Part shown: piece by piece, positions 50,832 to 59,844 of the stretch
Numbering within the stretch: position 1 is the first letter of the stretch
How the letters are laid out: each line of letters opens with the position of its first letter
Origin: Pseudomonadota bacterium
Lineage (GTDB): Bacteria > Pseudomonadota > Alphaproteobacteria > Rhodobacterales > Rhodobacteraceae
Direction of reading: 5' to 3'
Length of the DNA: 64,000 bases
Assembly (NCBI GenBank): GCA_038534135.1
Contig: JBCAXJ010000007.1
Location: 57 to 64,056, forward strand
Notes under the pieces: model-generated
Database searches by the model: none
Seen by the model: only the letters and a program-made list of their open reading frames with translations
Told to the model about the DNA's origin: nothing
Translations under genes and position numbers: made by a program

Positions 50832-52132
50832 ACGATCTCTTTGATCACGCGGTGGCGGCCGACACCACAGATGCGCCTCTCGCCGATCGGCTTCGGCCGC
50901 AGTCGCTGTCGGACGTCGTCGGCCAGGATCATATTCTCTCGGCGGACGGACCGCTTGGCGCCATGCTCGCCGCGCGTGATCTCGGGTCCTTGGTGCTGTG
51001 GGGCCCACCCGGCGTTGGCAAAACGACGATTGCGCGGTTGCTCGCCGAGGCGACGGACCTCGTCTTCGAACAGATCAGCGCGATCTTCTCGGGTGTCGGG
51101 GATCTGAAAAAAATCTTCGATGCTGCGCGAATGCGCCGCGCGTCTGGGCGCAAGACCTTGCTCTTCGTGGACGAGATCCATCGCTTCAATAAAGCCCAGC
51201 AAGACAGCTTCCTGCCTCACATGGAGAACGGAACAATAGTGCTGGTCGGTGCGACGACAGAAAACCCCTCGTTCGAGCTCAATGCAGCCGTTCTCAGCCG
51301 CGCCCAGGTCCTGGAACTTCGCCGTCTCGATGAAGTCAGCTTGAAGCGCATTCTCGAACGTGCCGAGGATCTGACCGAACCTTTGCCGCTGGATGATCAA
51401 GCACGGCATGCGCTGATCACAATGGCTGACGGCGATGGGCGGACGCTGCTAAACTTGGTCGAGCAAATCCTGCACCTGCCCGGACGGGAGCCCCTTGGAA
51501 CCGAAGATCTCGCGAAACTTCTGACGCGGCGGGCACCTGTCTACGATAAGTCGGGCGACGGCCACTACAATCTGATCTCGGCGCTGCACAAATCCGTGCG
51601 CGGTTCCGATCCTGACGCGGCGCTTTACTGGCTCTCTCGAATGCTGGAAGGCGGCGAGGATCCGCGCTTTTTGGCACGACGAATCACGCGTATGGCGATC
51701 GAGGATATCGGCCTTGCCGATCCGCACGCGATGGAGCAGTGCATTGCGGCCTGGCAGACCTATGAGCGCCTTGGGTCACCGGAGGGCGAACTTGCCCTCG
51801 CACAAGCTGTGATTTTCCTGGCGCTTGCACCGAAGTCCAATGCCTCCTACCGCGCTTACGGGGCCGCGCGTGCTGCTGCCGCGCAAACTGGGTCGAAGCC
51901 ACCGCCAAAGCACATCCTGAACTCTCCGACGCGCATGATGAAGGATCTCGGTTACGGACGCGGGTACAGTTATGACCACGACGCCGAGGACGCATTCTCC
52001 GGCCAGCACTATTTTCCGGACGGAATGGACCGACCGTCGTTTTATGTCCCGACCGATCGTGGTGTCGAGAAAGACATCGGTGAACGCATGGCTCACCTCT
52101 CCGGGCTTCGAAAAGAGCGTTCTCGATCGTGA
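50828..52132 (+). CDS. rarA: Replication-associated recombination protein A (AAA+ ATPase)
   Basis: GTG start overlapping the protease stop (GTGA). LADRLRPQSLSDVVGQDHIL...LWGPPGVGKTTIARLLA...LFVDEIHRFNKAQQD; canonical RarA/MgsA. Confidence 0.92.
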   Translation: MNDLFDHAVAADTTDAPLADRLRPQSLSDVVGQDHILSADGPLGAMLAARDLGSLVLWGPPGVGKTTIARLLAEATDLVFEQISAIFSGVGDLKKIFDAARMRRASGRKTLLFVDEIHRFNKAQQDSFLPHMENGTIVLVGATTENPSFELNAAVLSRAQVLELRRLDEVSLKRILERAEDLTEPLPLDDQARHALITMADGDGRTLLNLVEQILHLPGREPLGTEDLAKLLTRRAPVYDKSGDGHYNLISALHKSVRGSDPDAALYWLSRMLEGGEDPRFLARRITRMAIEDIGLADPHAMEQCIAAWQTYERLGSPEGELALAQAVIFLALAPKSNASYRAYGAARAAAAQTGSKPPPKHILNSPTRMMKDLGYGRGYSYDHDAEDAFSGQHYFPDGMDRPSFYVPTDRGVEKDIGERMAHLSGLRKERSRS

Positions 52133-52512
52133 TGGAGAAGGTACTACTCGTTGCTGCGGGCGGTGCGCTCGGATCTGTTTTACGGTTTCTGAGCGTATCT
52201 TTGCTCGGTCGTCTGACGGGTGATCCGGCAACCGGAACACTCCTGGTGAATGTTGCCGGGTCCTTCCTGATGGGCTGCTTGTTCGTCCTGCTGATCGAAC
52301 ACGCGGACGGTGTGCTAAGCCGTTTCATGCCCTTCCTGTCTGTTGGGCTTCTTGGTGGTTTCACCACATTCTCGGCATTCTCGCTCGATGCTCTGCGGCT
52401 TTTCGAAAGTGGAAAACCTTGGGTGGCTGGCTTCTATGTCCTGGGCTCCGTCAGCCTTTCATTGTTGGCTGTGATTGTTGGCGTGGCCGTCATGCGGGCG
52501 CAAACCGCATGA
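52129..52512 (+). CDS. crcB: Fluoride ion channel CrcB/FluC
   Basis: 127 aa, four TM helices, GGALGSVLRF...LLVNVAGSFLMG...GGFTTFSAFS. Its start overlaps the rarA stop. Confidence 0.9.
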   Translation: MMEKVLLVAAGGALGSVLRFLSVSLLGRLTGDPATGTLLVNVAGSFLMGCLFVLLIEHADGVLSRFMPFLSVGLLGGFTTFSAFSLDALRLFESGKPWVAGFYVLGSVSLSLLAVIVGVAVMRAQTA

Positions 52513-53549
52513 GTGCCGTTGAGTTTGTCACTATTGGCGACGACGAAGCAGAGCAACGCGTCGACCGGTGGCTGCGCAAGCGAATCTCCGGCTTGACTCA
52601 GGGGCAGGTTGAAAAGCTTTGCCGACGCGGAGAAGTCCGCGTGGACGGTGGACGGGTAAAGGCCTCGACCAGGGTCGGTCCAGGGCAGGTCGTCCGCATT
52701 CCGCCAATCCGGATGGATCCGGTACGGCGTCCTGCAAGTGCCCCGGCTGCGCATGACCCAATGCCCGAGAGTCTTGTTCAAACACTGCGCGAGGCAGTGA
52801 TTTTCATGGATGACGATCTCATTGCGTTGAACAAACCGCCGGGATTGTCAGTGCAGGGCGGGACCGGGCAGAAGCAACATGTCGTTGGCGCCCTGCCCGC
52901 GCTGTGTTTCGGGAAGGCCGACCCGCCAAGGCTGATCCATCGTCTCGATCGCGACACATCTGGTGTTCTTCTGCTGGCCCGGACTGGGCGGGCGGCGACT
53001 GCATTGGGGCAGACTTTTCAGAGACGAAGCGTTGAGAAGATCTACTTCGCGGCAGTGGCCGGCGTTCCAAGGCTTGCAGCCGGTACAATCCGGTATGGCC
53101 TTAGAAAAACGGGCGGGCGGAATAACGAACGCATGGAAGCGGTGCATCCTGACGACCTCCAAACGACGGAAGAAGCAAAGTCCGCCATCACCGAGTATGC
53201 AGTGGTCGAACGCGCCGGCTTGCGGCTATCTTGGATCGCCCTTCGCCCAGTCACCGGCCGGACGCATCAGCTTCGGGTCCACATGGCAGAGATTGGATGC
53301 CCGATCGCTGGTGACGGTAAATACGGTGGCCGGGGACAGGAGAATCTTGGTGACGGATGGGGTGGGGGACTCGGCGGCGCGCTAAGCCGCAAATTGCATT
53401 TGCACGCTGCGCGGCTCCGCTTCGACCACCCTGCCAAGAAGGAAACGATCACGATCTCTGCCGGTCTGCCTGCTCACATGCAGCGAACATGGGATGTCAT
53501 GGGGTGGGAGATGACCGATTGGCAGGATCGAACCGCTTGGATCGAGTGA
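52509..53549 (+). CDS. RluA-family 23S rRNA pseudouridine synthase (RluC-like, with N-terminal S4 domain)
   Basis: Trimmed to ATG 52509 (ATGA overlap with crcB). QRVDRWLRKR (S4-like) and the catalytic HRLDRDTSGVLLLAR motif. Confidence 0.8.
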   Translation: MSAVEFVTIGDDEAEQRVDRWLRKRISGLTQGQVEKLCRRGEVRVDGGRVKASTRVGPGQVVRIPPIRMDPVRRPASAPAAHDPMPESLVQTLREAVIFMDDDLIALNKPPGLSVQGGTGQKQHVVGALPALCFGKADPPRLIHRLDRDTSGVLLLARTGRAATALGQTFQRRSVEKIYFAAVAGVPRLAAGTIRYGLRKTGGRNNERMEAVHPDDLQTTEEAKSAITEYAVVERAGLRLSWIALRPVTGRTHQLRVHMAEIGCPIAGDGKYGGRGQENLGDGWGGGLGGALSRKLHLHAARLRFDHPAKKETITISAGLPAHMQRTWDVMGWEMTDWQDRTAWIE

Positions 53550-53605
53550 GCGGTTCGGGAGCGCAGGAAAGTTTCGAAAACCTTCGATCAATTAACGTCC
53601 GTTGG

Positions 53606-54739
53606 CTACTGAACAATCAGTTCGGCGTGTAACGCGCCTGCGGTCTTTATTGCTTTCAGGATATCGATCATGTCGCGCGGACCAATTCCCAGCGCGTTCA
53701 ACCCGTCGACCAGATCCGCCAACGTGACGTTTTCATCAACCAGTGCCAGACGATTCTCGGCTTCCTCGTCGATCTCGATCCCGGTTCGCGGCAATGCGAG
53801 GGTTTCGCCATCGGCGAACGGGTTTGGCTGCGACGCGATTGGCGCTTCGTTCACGCGGATTGTCAGGTTTCCCTGGCTGACGGCAACCCGGCTGATCTTG
53901 ACGTCAGACCCGAGAACAATTGTGCCAGAGCGCTGATCAACGACGACGCGCGCCTTTTGTGACGGCGTCACCTCCAGATTCTCCACCCTCGCGATGAGTC
54001 GAGCAGGTCTGACGCGAGCAGCGTTCGGATCTAACGTGACAGTTCCGCTGTCAGACATCGATGCGACGTCGCTGCCCAACGCCGAATTGATGGCCTCTTC
54101 GATCCGCACGGCAGTGGTAAAGTCAGGATCTCGCAGGGCGAGGCGGATCCGGGAAAGATCATCCAGAACGAAAGGGACTTCGCGTTCGATCCGAGCGCCC
54201 CCCGGGATTGTTCCCGAGGTTGGGACACCGATCTGTGTCGCTGCGCCGTCACCTTCTGCGGCAATGCCGCCGGCGAGGATCGGTCCCTGTGCCACTGCGT
54301 AGATTTCTCCATCAGCGGCATTTAGGGGAGTCATTATCAACGTACCGCCGATCAGATTCTTCGCGTCTCCGATCGCTGAAACGGTGACATCGATCCGGCT
54401 TCCCAAACGGGCAAATGAGCCAAGAGTTGCTGTCACGATCACGGCTGCGACATTCTTGGGACGGAACTGTTCTCCTTGAACATTCACGCCGAGTCGTTCG
54501 AGCAGGTTGCTGAGCGCCTCTTCGGTGAACGGTGAATTCCGAATTCCATCTCCTGATCCGTTGAGGCCTACAACGAGGCCGTAACCGACGAGATCGTTGC
54601 CACGTACACCTTCGAATTCCACGAGGTCTTTGATCCGCGGTCCCGCTTGTGTCGCTCCGACGAATGTGATGCACATCACGAAGATACACGACGGCAGAAC
54701 CCGAAGGAGTGTTTTCAATGCCCTGAACATTCCTCTCAC
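53606..54739 (-). CDS. flgI: Flagellar P-ring protein FlgI
   Basis: Signal peptide, then RIKDLVEFEGVRGNDLVGYGLVVGLNGSGD...; canonical. GTGA overlap with the flgL stop. Confidence 0.93.
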   Translation of the reverse strand: MRGMFRALKTLLRVLPSCIFVMCITFVGATQAGPRIKDLVEFEGVRGNDLVGYGLVVGLNGSGDGIRNSPFTEEALSNLLERLGVNVQGEQFRPKNVAAVIVTATLGSFARLGSRIDVTVSAIGDAKNLIGGTLIMTPLNAADGEIYAVAQGPILAGGIAAEGDGAATQIGVPTSGTIPGGARIEREVPFVLDDLSRIRLALRDPDFTTAVRIEEAINSALGSDVASMSDSGTVTLDPNAARVRPARLIARVENLEVTPSQKARVVVDQRSGTIVLGSDVKISRVAVSQGNLTIRVNEAPIASQPNPFADGETLALPRTGIEIDEEAENRLALVDENVTLADLVDGLNALGIGPRDMIDILKAIKTAGALHAELIVQ

Positions 54740-55746
54740 AGGAAGTTCACCAATGACAGGTTGGACATTCTTGCAGTTGTCGCGAAGGCAGTTTCAAGTT
54801 GTCGTTCGAGCTCTGTCAGCTCAAGCGTTGACTCGACTTGATCTACGCCAGCCAGATTGTTGAATGCAATTGTCAGAGAAGCCTCGGATGCTGCGTTTCT
54901 CGCCTTTACGTTGGCAATGCGCTCTTCGGCGGATCCCACACGACTTTGCAGACCGATGATGTTTGAAACATCAGAGCGCAATCCCTCCGATGCAAGCTCG
55001 GCGATAAGGCGTCTCTGATTATCCGGTATACCATTCGTCATATCAAAAGCTGCGCCAAGCGCCACAACATTCGCCATGATCGATCTCAACGGATCTTCCG
55101 TTGCCTTCACCGCGTAGTCCACCCGCTCGCCAGGGCCAACTTCAGTTTGCGGCGCATCTCCGGCACCACCCAGATAGATTGAAGTATCGAAGGTACCGCC
55201 AGGGTTGACAAACTCGGATACTAGGTTGGCGTAAGCAGTTGTAGCATCAGGTTGGGCTTCGAGAAACGGAACACCCAGTGTCTGAATGGTTGCGACGTCC
55301 GCGACAGCTCTGCCAGCCGAGCCGTCGTCACCCGAGAAAAGTGGGCGTCCGGCAAACTGTGCATTCAAACTGCTGACCACTGACCCTAGCTCTTCGCGGG
55401 CAGTTGCAGAAACCGCTTCGAAGTCCCTCGTCGTACCATTCGTCGTCAACAGATCGGTGGTATCCGCGAGCGATTGTCCAATGTTACGCGCTTGTTCGAG
55501 TGCAGATTGCGTCACACTTGCGCGTGCCTCGGAAAGTGCGACTGCTTCCGTATAGTCCTGAAGATCTACGAGGGACTTTTCAACTTGCATCAGTCCACTG
55601 ACATTGCCGTTCAGTTCGCGAGTGACATCGTCGAAACGACCGGTCACGGCCTGAGCGCGGACGGCGTCGGCCCGTTCACGCAGCGACGTTATCAGAAGCG
55701 ACATGCTCGCGCTGCGGTGCTGGGGGGGAAACCCAAACTCTGGCAT
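54736..55746 (-). CDS. flgL: Flagellar hook-associated protein 3 (FlgL, flagellin-fold)
   Basis: 336 aa with flagellin-like terminal helices (C-terminus ...LTELERQLETAFATTARMSNLSLVNFL). Follows flgK with a 1-nt TGATG overlap. Start uncertain (ATG 55746 or the internal MSLLI...). Confidence 0.7.
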   Translation of the reverse strand: MPEFGFPPQHRSASMSLLITSLRERADAVRAQAVTGRFDDVTRELNGNVSGLMQVEKSLVDLQDYTEAVALSEARASVTQSALEQARNIGQSLADTTDLLTTNGTTRDFEAVSATAREELGSVVSSLNAQFAGRPLFSGDDGSAGRAVADVATIQTLGVPFLEAQPDATTAYANLVSEFVNPGGTFDTSIYLGGAGDAPQTEVGPGERVDYAVKATEDPLRSIMANVVALGAAFDMTNGIPDNQRRLIAELASEGLRSDVSNIIGLQSRVGSAEERIANVKARNAASEASLTIAFNNLAGVDQVESTLELTELERQLETAFATTARMSNLSLVNFL

Positions 55747-57218
55747 CAGCGTATCTCCGTCAGCTCTTCCAGCATCCTGGAAGCGGTCTGGATGACCTGA
55801 ATATTTGCCGCGTATGCCTGCTCGATCTGGATCAGGCTCTGCAACTCTGCATCCTGATCGACTCCAATCTCTCGGGCCTCTGATGCCGCGAGCGTCTCAC
55901 GCGTCGAGATGAGAGCGCTGGCTTCTGCATCCAACCGTGTGCGTCTCTCACCTGTGAAGGAAGCGATGCCAGATACGATTTGAAATGTACTCTTCGTGCC
56001 CGAAAGACCGGTAACCGAGACTGTTGCTGTTGTCGTCATTGCGTCGAGCATTGCTCGGGGTAGGACGTCTGAGAAAGTCGGTCCGCTGCCAACAGCGTTT
56101 AAGCCGTCTCGCAGTCTCGTCGCATCACCACCCTGACTTGGATCAGCCAGCACGTTGACGGATATGCGTTTTGCCAGTCCGTCAACAATTGTCGGGTCGA
56201 ACGATGCACCACCGTCGGTGAACAGGCCTGCGTCACCTGGCAACAGCGTTGGATCTACACCACTGTCTTCGAACCGCTGAATCAAGTCTGCAGCGAACTC
56301 ATCGATCTGCGTCGTTAGATCAAGACCAAGTTCGTCGCGTACCTTGAAGTTTCCAAACAGCGAACCTGCTGTGAGTGTTTGGGCGCCAGTGGCACCGGGT
56401 GTCAGATCCAGGCCAGAAAGCGTCACGCCGGACAACGCGCCGCCTCCAGCAGGATCATAGATCATACCGGAGGTAATGATCGGCGAACGTGTGAACTCTA
56501 GTTCGACCGGTTCTTCGGCGAGCAAGAACTGGCCCTGTACGGTCGTCAGGAAGGTCTTGTTGTTTTCCTGTGGCAGCACCCTAACCGGCACGATCGCCGC
56601 AACCTCGTCTATCAACAGTTCCCGCTGGTTCACCAGTCCCGCGACGTCCCGACCGCCCACGCTCAACCGCGTGATCTTTTCGTTCAACTTGTCGATCTGA
56701 TCGATGTTGCGATTCACTGTCTCGACCTCTTGCGCGATCCGGAAGTCCGCATCCTGCCGCTCAATGGCGATTTGATCCGAAAGCCCGTTCAGGAAGGACG
56801 TCACGTCCTTGGCCGCCTCGACCGCCGCGATTTGGCGCGACTCTTCTTCCGGCGTCTCTGCGAGTTGGCGCAGGCTCGCCTCGAACTGTTCGACGCGCCT
56901 GAAAAGTCCGTCGTCTCCGGTGGCTTCACCGAATGAAGCACCCAGACGAGCCAAGGATTCGGCCTGAATATCCACGGCGGCGGCATCACCGTCTGCGAGC
57001 CGACGGGTGGCGGTTAACTCCGGTGCTGAGTTCCGGACGACTTGATCTACGCGCACACCAGCTCCACGACCCTCGAGCGCTTGAGCAGATATATCGACGC
57101 TCTGGCGCGCATATCCCTTTGTCAGAGCGTTCGCGAGATTGTTTGACGCCACTTCGGCAAGCCTGCCGGTGACGTTTAAGCCGCTCAGGGCATTCGAAAA
57201 AGAGCCGGAAATCGACAT
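55746..57218 (-). CDS. flgK: Flagellar hook-associated protein 1 (FlgK)
   Basis: MSISGSFSNALSGLNVTGRLAEVASNNLANALTKGYARQ... and C-terminal ...LIQIEQAYAANIQVIQTASRMLEELTEI; canonical FlgK termini. Confidence 0.88.
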   Translation of the reverse strand: MSISGSFSNALSGLNVTGRLAEVASNNLANALTKGYARQSVDISAQALEGRGAGVRVDQVVRNSAPELTATRRLADGDAAAVDIQAESLARLGASFGEATGDDGLFRRVEQFEASLRQLAETPEEESRQIAAVEAAKDVTSFLNGLSDQIAIERQDADFRIAQEVETVNRNIDQIDKLNEKITRLSVGGRDVAGLVNQRELLIDEVAAIVPVRVLPQENNKTFLTTVQGQFLLAEEPVELEFTRSPIITSGMIYDPAGGGALSGVTLSGLDLTPGATGAQTLTAGSLFGNFKVRDELGLDLTTQIDEFAADLIQRFEDSGVDPTLLPGDAGLFTDGGASFDPTIVDGLAKRISVNVLADPSQGGDATRLRDGLNAVGSGPTFSDVLPRAMLDAMTTTATVSVTGLSGTKSTFQIVSGIASFTGERRTRLDAEASALISTRETLAASEAREIGVDQDAELQSLIQIEQAYAANIQVIQTASRMLEELTEIR

Positions 57219-57253
57219 GATCAGTTCCTGTTAACCGGATCGCACATCCGAAG

Positions 57254-58585
57254 TTACCGTTTCAGGCTTGTTGTTTCCTGGAGCATCTCATCGACGGTTC
57301 GGATGACCGTCGCATTCGAAGAGAATGCCCGCTGCGTCACGATCATGTTCGTCAGTTCTTCGGCTACATCGACCGTACTTTGCTGCAAGGCGAAGCCAGA
57401 GATGTCACCAGCCGGTCCTGCACCTGCATCGAAGAAGAAAACGTCGCCACTATCTTGTGAAATCTCAAACGCCTGATTGTCGAGTGCGGTCAACCCGTTC
57501 GGATTTGGCACGGTCGCGAGAGGGATCTTGTAAAGCGCTCTTCGCTGTCCCGTGTCATAAACGCCGGACAAAGTACCGTCCGGGTCGAATTCCAAACCCT
57601 GCAGGTTTCCGGCCGGAGCACCGTTCTTGGAAAGACCATTTGGCGTGAACGGCGCCGCAAGTTGACTGAGACCGGTTCCTGTGGCCGTGGATTGAAGCTG
57701 TACTTCGATCGGTCCGTCGACGACATGCAGGGTGAGCGCGCCCGTGGTGGCATCAAAAGCTGCAGTCGTACCGGCACCCTGTGGATTGGCCGGGTTTGCC
57801 GCTGACGGGGTTGCCGTCAAGAGCGTTCCCGGGCTGTTCCGTGTGCCGTCGAAGGTGAGATCGAAATCGGCGACCAACGCCGACGCACTGTCGGTTATCG
57901 AGATGTTCCATTGGTTCGAGAGCCCAGCTGCGGGCAACACCGGTGTGTAGTCGATCACAAGCTGATGCTTCACACCCAGGGCATCGAAGTACTCGATCGG
58001 TGACGAGATCGTTGCGCCGGTTGCGCCAGCTGCAGTCTCATCGGCCGGGAGGTTCACACCCAATTCAATGCGCGTTGTCGAATCTGCGGCGGTCAGAAAG
58101 GCTGAGAGCCGCACGGGTTCGAGCGAGGTGGGACTATCACGGACAATGTTCCCAGCGACGCTGCCTGTGGCATCGGTTGGCCAACCTTGGAGAACCAGCC
58201 CGCCCGGTGTCACAAGGTATCCATCTTCATTCTGGCGGAAAGACCCGGTTGCGACCATCTGAAATGGGCGCTGAGCAGCCGGGTCTTCAACGGCCGTAAT
58301 TGGTGTGACAGGCAGGAGACCGGCGCCCGAGACGGCGATGTCAGTTGCTTCGTTAGACGTAATCAGTGTACCCGAGGATGCAACGTCCCGAAATGTCGAG
58401 ACCCGGACGCCGCCCGCAGAAAAAGTTCCCCCGCTGCCGGCCGTCACAAGGGACGAAAAGTCCACGTCGGCCCGGCGATATCCGTTGGTGTTCGAGTTCG
58501 CAATGTTGTCCGAGATTACGGCGAGACGGGTCGAATTCACCCCCAGACCTGCAACACCTGCATTCAAACCAGACGACAGACTCAT
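57254..58585 (-). CDS. flgE: Flagellar hook protein FlgE
   Basis: MSLSSGLNAGVAGLGVNSTRLAVISDNIANSNTNGYRR... and C-terminal ...VAEELTNMIVTQRAFSSNATVIRTVDEMLQET; canonical. Confidence 0.92.
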   Translation of the reverse strand: MSLSSGLNAGVAGLGVNSTRLAVISDNIANSNTNGYRRADVDFSSLVTAGSGGTFSAGGVRVSTFRDVASSGTLITSNEATDIAVSGAGLLPVTPITAVEDPAAQRPFQMVATGSFRQNEDGYLVTPGGLVLQGWPTDATGSVAGNIVRDSPTSLEPVRLSAFLTAADSTTRIELGVNLPADETAAGATGATISSPIEYFDALGVKHQLVIDYTPVLPAAGLSNQWNISITDSASALVADFDLTFDGTRNSPGTLLTATPSAANPANPQGAGTTAAFDATTGALTLHVVDGPIEVQLQSTATGTGLSQLAAPFTPNGLSKNGAPAGNLQGLEFDPDGTLSGVYDTGQRRALYKIPLATVPNPNGLTALDNQAFEISQDSGDVFFFDAGAGPAGDISGFALQQSTVDVAEELTNMIVTQRAFSSNATVIRTVDEMLQETTSLKR

Positions 58586-58656
58586 TTTACAACCTCTTTC
58601 TGGTGTTGTGATTACGCGATTGACCCGAAGTCTTACCGATCAGACTTAAGGCCGTC

Positions 58657-59682
58657 CTAATTCCCCACGCCATTGCGCAGCAGTATGATTGCGATTCGCC
58701 GGTTCTTTGAGGCAAATGGGTCGGGATCGATCGGGTTCGTCGCCGCCTGTCCGCTGACACGGACGATGCGTTCAGACGGAAGGCCACGCGCGTTCATCAA
58801 CCTGCGCGCCGCATTCGCCCGGTCGGCGCTCAACTCCCAGTTCGAGTATCCATCCTGCCGGGTGAACGGCGCTGCGTCGGTGTGCCCGGAGATCGCGATG
58901 TCATTTGTGGTCTGACCAAGGATCGGCACAAGAATGTCTATCAAATCTCCAAGAACCGGCGCCGGCTCCGCACCGCCAGTTTCAAAGAGCGGCTCATCCT
59001 GGATGTCGACAATCTCGATCACGATACCCTCGGGGGTCATACGCATCGTGAAGTGTTCCAGCAATCCATCGCCACCGACTGAACTCATCTGGTCGACAAG
59101 GTTGTCTGCGACGCCTGACAACGCGCCGTTTTGTGCGCCGTTTTGCGCCTGACCCGTGCTGGAGGCTTCAGTGGCTCCGTTCTCGTTTGCGCCTGGCTCG
59201 AGTTCCTCGCCGCCCTGTTCCCCAACCGCGCCGAAGGTGCCGTCGCGCTCGTCCGTGAAAGGCGATGTCGGCCAGGCGTCTTCGTCAATGGGAAGCCCCG
59301 CGCGCGGTGCCGGAAAGCCCTCTTCCAGATCGGGTGAGGCGTCCAGTTCCCCCAAGTTCTCGCCAAGTGTTTCATTCGTCGGGCGCGCCCTTACACCGTC
59401 GTTGCGCGACCCGGCTGCAGTATCTTCGGAGAACATCGTGTCGCCGTTCAGCATACCCGCACCACCGGCGGACACGGCGCTAATCGGTATAGACGGATCG
59501 AAAAAGTCCGCCAGCCCCTTGCGTTGTTCCTCGCTCGTCGCGTTCAGGAGCCACATGAGCAGAAAGAAGGCCATCATCGCCGTGACGAAATCCGCATAGG
59601 CAACTTTCCAGGCACCGCCATGGTGCCCGTCACCGCCCGAGACCTTCTTCTTCTTGATTATGATGGGTGCAACTTCGCTCAC
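58657..59682 (-). CDS. motB: Flagellar motor stator protein MotB (OmpA-like C-terminal domain)
   Basis: GTG start with GGGGAAGG SD. ...GGAWKVAYADFVTAMMAFFLLMWLL (plug/TM region) and a C-terminal OmpA/MotB peptidoglycan-binding block (SGHTD...NWELSADRANAARR...NRRIAI). No motA adjacent in this window. Confidence 0.85.
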   Translation of the reverse strand: MSEVAPIIIKKKKVSGGDGHHGGAWKVAYADFVTAMMAFFLLMWLLNATSEEQRKGLADFFDPSIPISAVSAGGAGMLNGDTMFSEDTAAGSRNDGVRARPTNETLGENLGELDASPDLEEGFPAPRAGLPIDEDAWPTSPFTDERDGTFGAVGEQGGEELEPGANENGATEASSTGQAQNGAQNGALSGVADNLVDQMSSVGGDGLLEHFTMRMTPEGIVIEIVDIQDEPLFETGGAEPAPVLGDLIDILVPILGQTTNDIAISGHTDAAPFTRQDGYSNWELSADRANAARRLMNARGLPSERIVRVSGQAATNPIDPDPFASKNRRIAIILLRNGVGN

Positions 59683-59704
59683 GACCTTCCCCGCGGGACT
59701 TCTG

Positions 59705-59736
59705 TGGCAAAGCCTTAGCGTGGAACACTTATCGCA
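59705..59736 (+). promoter_or_regulatory. Two adjacent sigma54-like -24/-12 matches facing the fliM-like gene
   Basis: TGGCAAAGCCTTAGCG (59705-59720) and TGGAACACTTATCGCA (59721-59736). Both have GG and GC at the consensus 10-nt separation (consensus TGGCAC-N5-TTGCA). Lie 110-125 nt upstream of ATG 59845. Confidence 0.3.
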
Positions 59737-59781
59737 CCGTTACGCGCGGGAGATTTTTTGGTTAATCCATCAGTAAGCCTC

Positions 59782-59797
59782 TGCGTTCATGGTGCCT
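59782..59797 (-). promoter_or_regulatory. sigma54-like -24/-12 match facing motB
   Basis: The minus strand reads AGGCACCATGAACGCA (GGCAC-N5-ACGCA), about 100 nt upstream of the motB GTG. Confidence 0.33.
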
Positions 59798-59844
59798 CGG
59801 AAGCGCGTTAGAAGGATGCGTGCGTCGTTCAGAAGGGTACGGGT

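Noticed and set aside
52000-52131. Looked for a fluoride riboswitch upstream of crcB
   Set aside because: The crcB start overlaps the rarA stop, so the upstream sequence is rarA coding sequence and leaves no space for a riboswitch.
53606-58585. Possible lower GC content of the flagellar block, suggesting horizontal acquisition
   Set aside because: Spot counts of 60-nt lines gave 50-53% in parts of flgL/flgE but 60-62% in other parts of flgE/flgK. That is too inconsistent to claim without a computed sliding-window GC/GC3 profile.
58586-58656. Looked for a sigma54-type promoter or terminator between motB and flgE
   Set aside because: Only a weak 6-bp hairpin (AAGTCT...AGACTT) is present, and there is no GG-N10-GC match with consensus flanks. 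flgE may be co-transcribed with motB.
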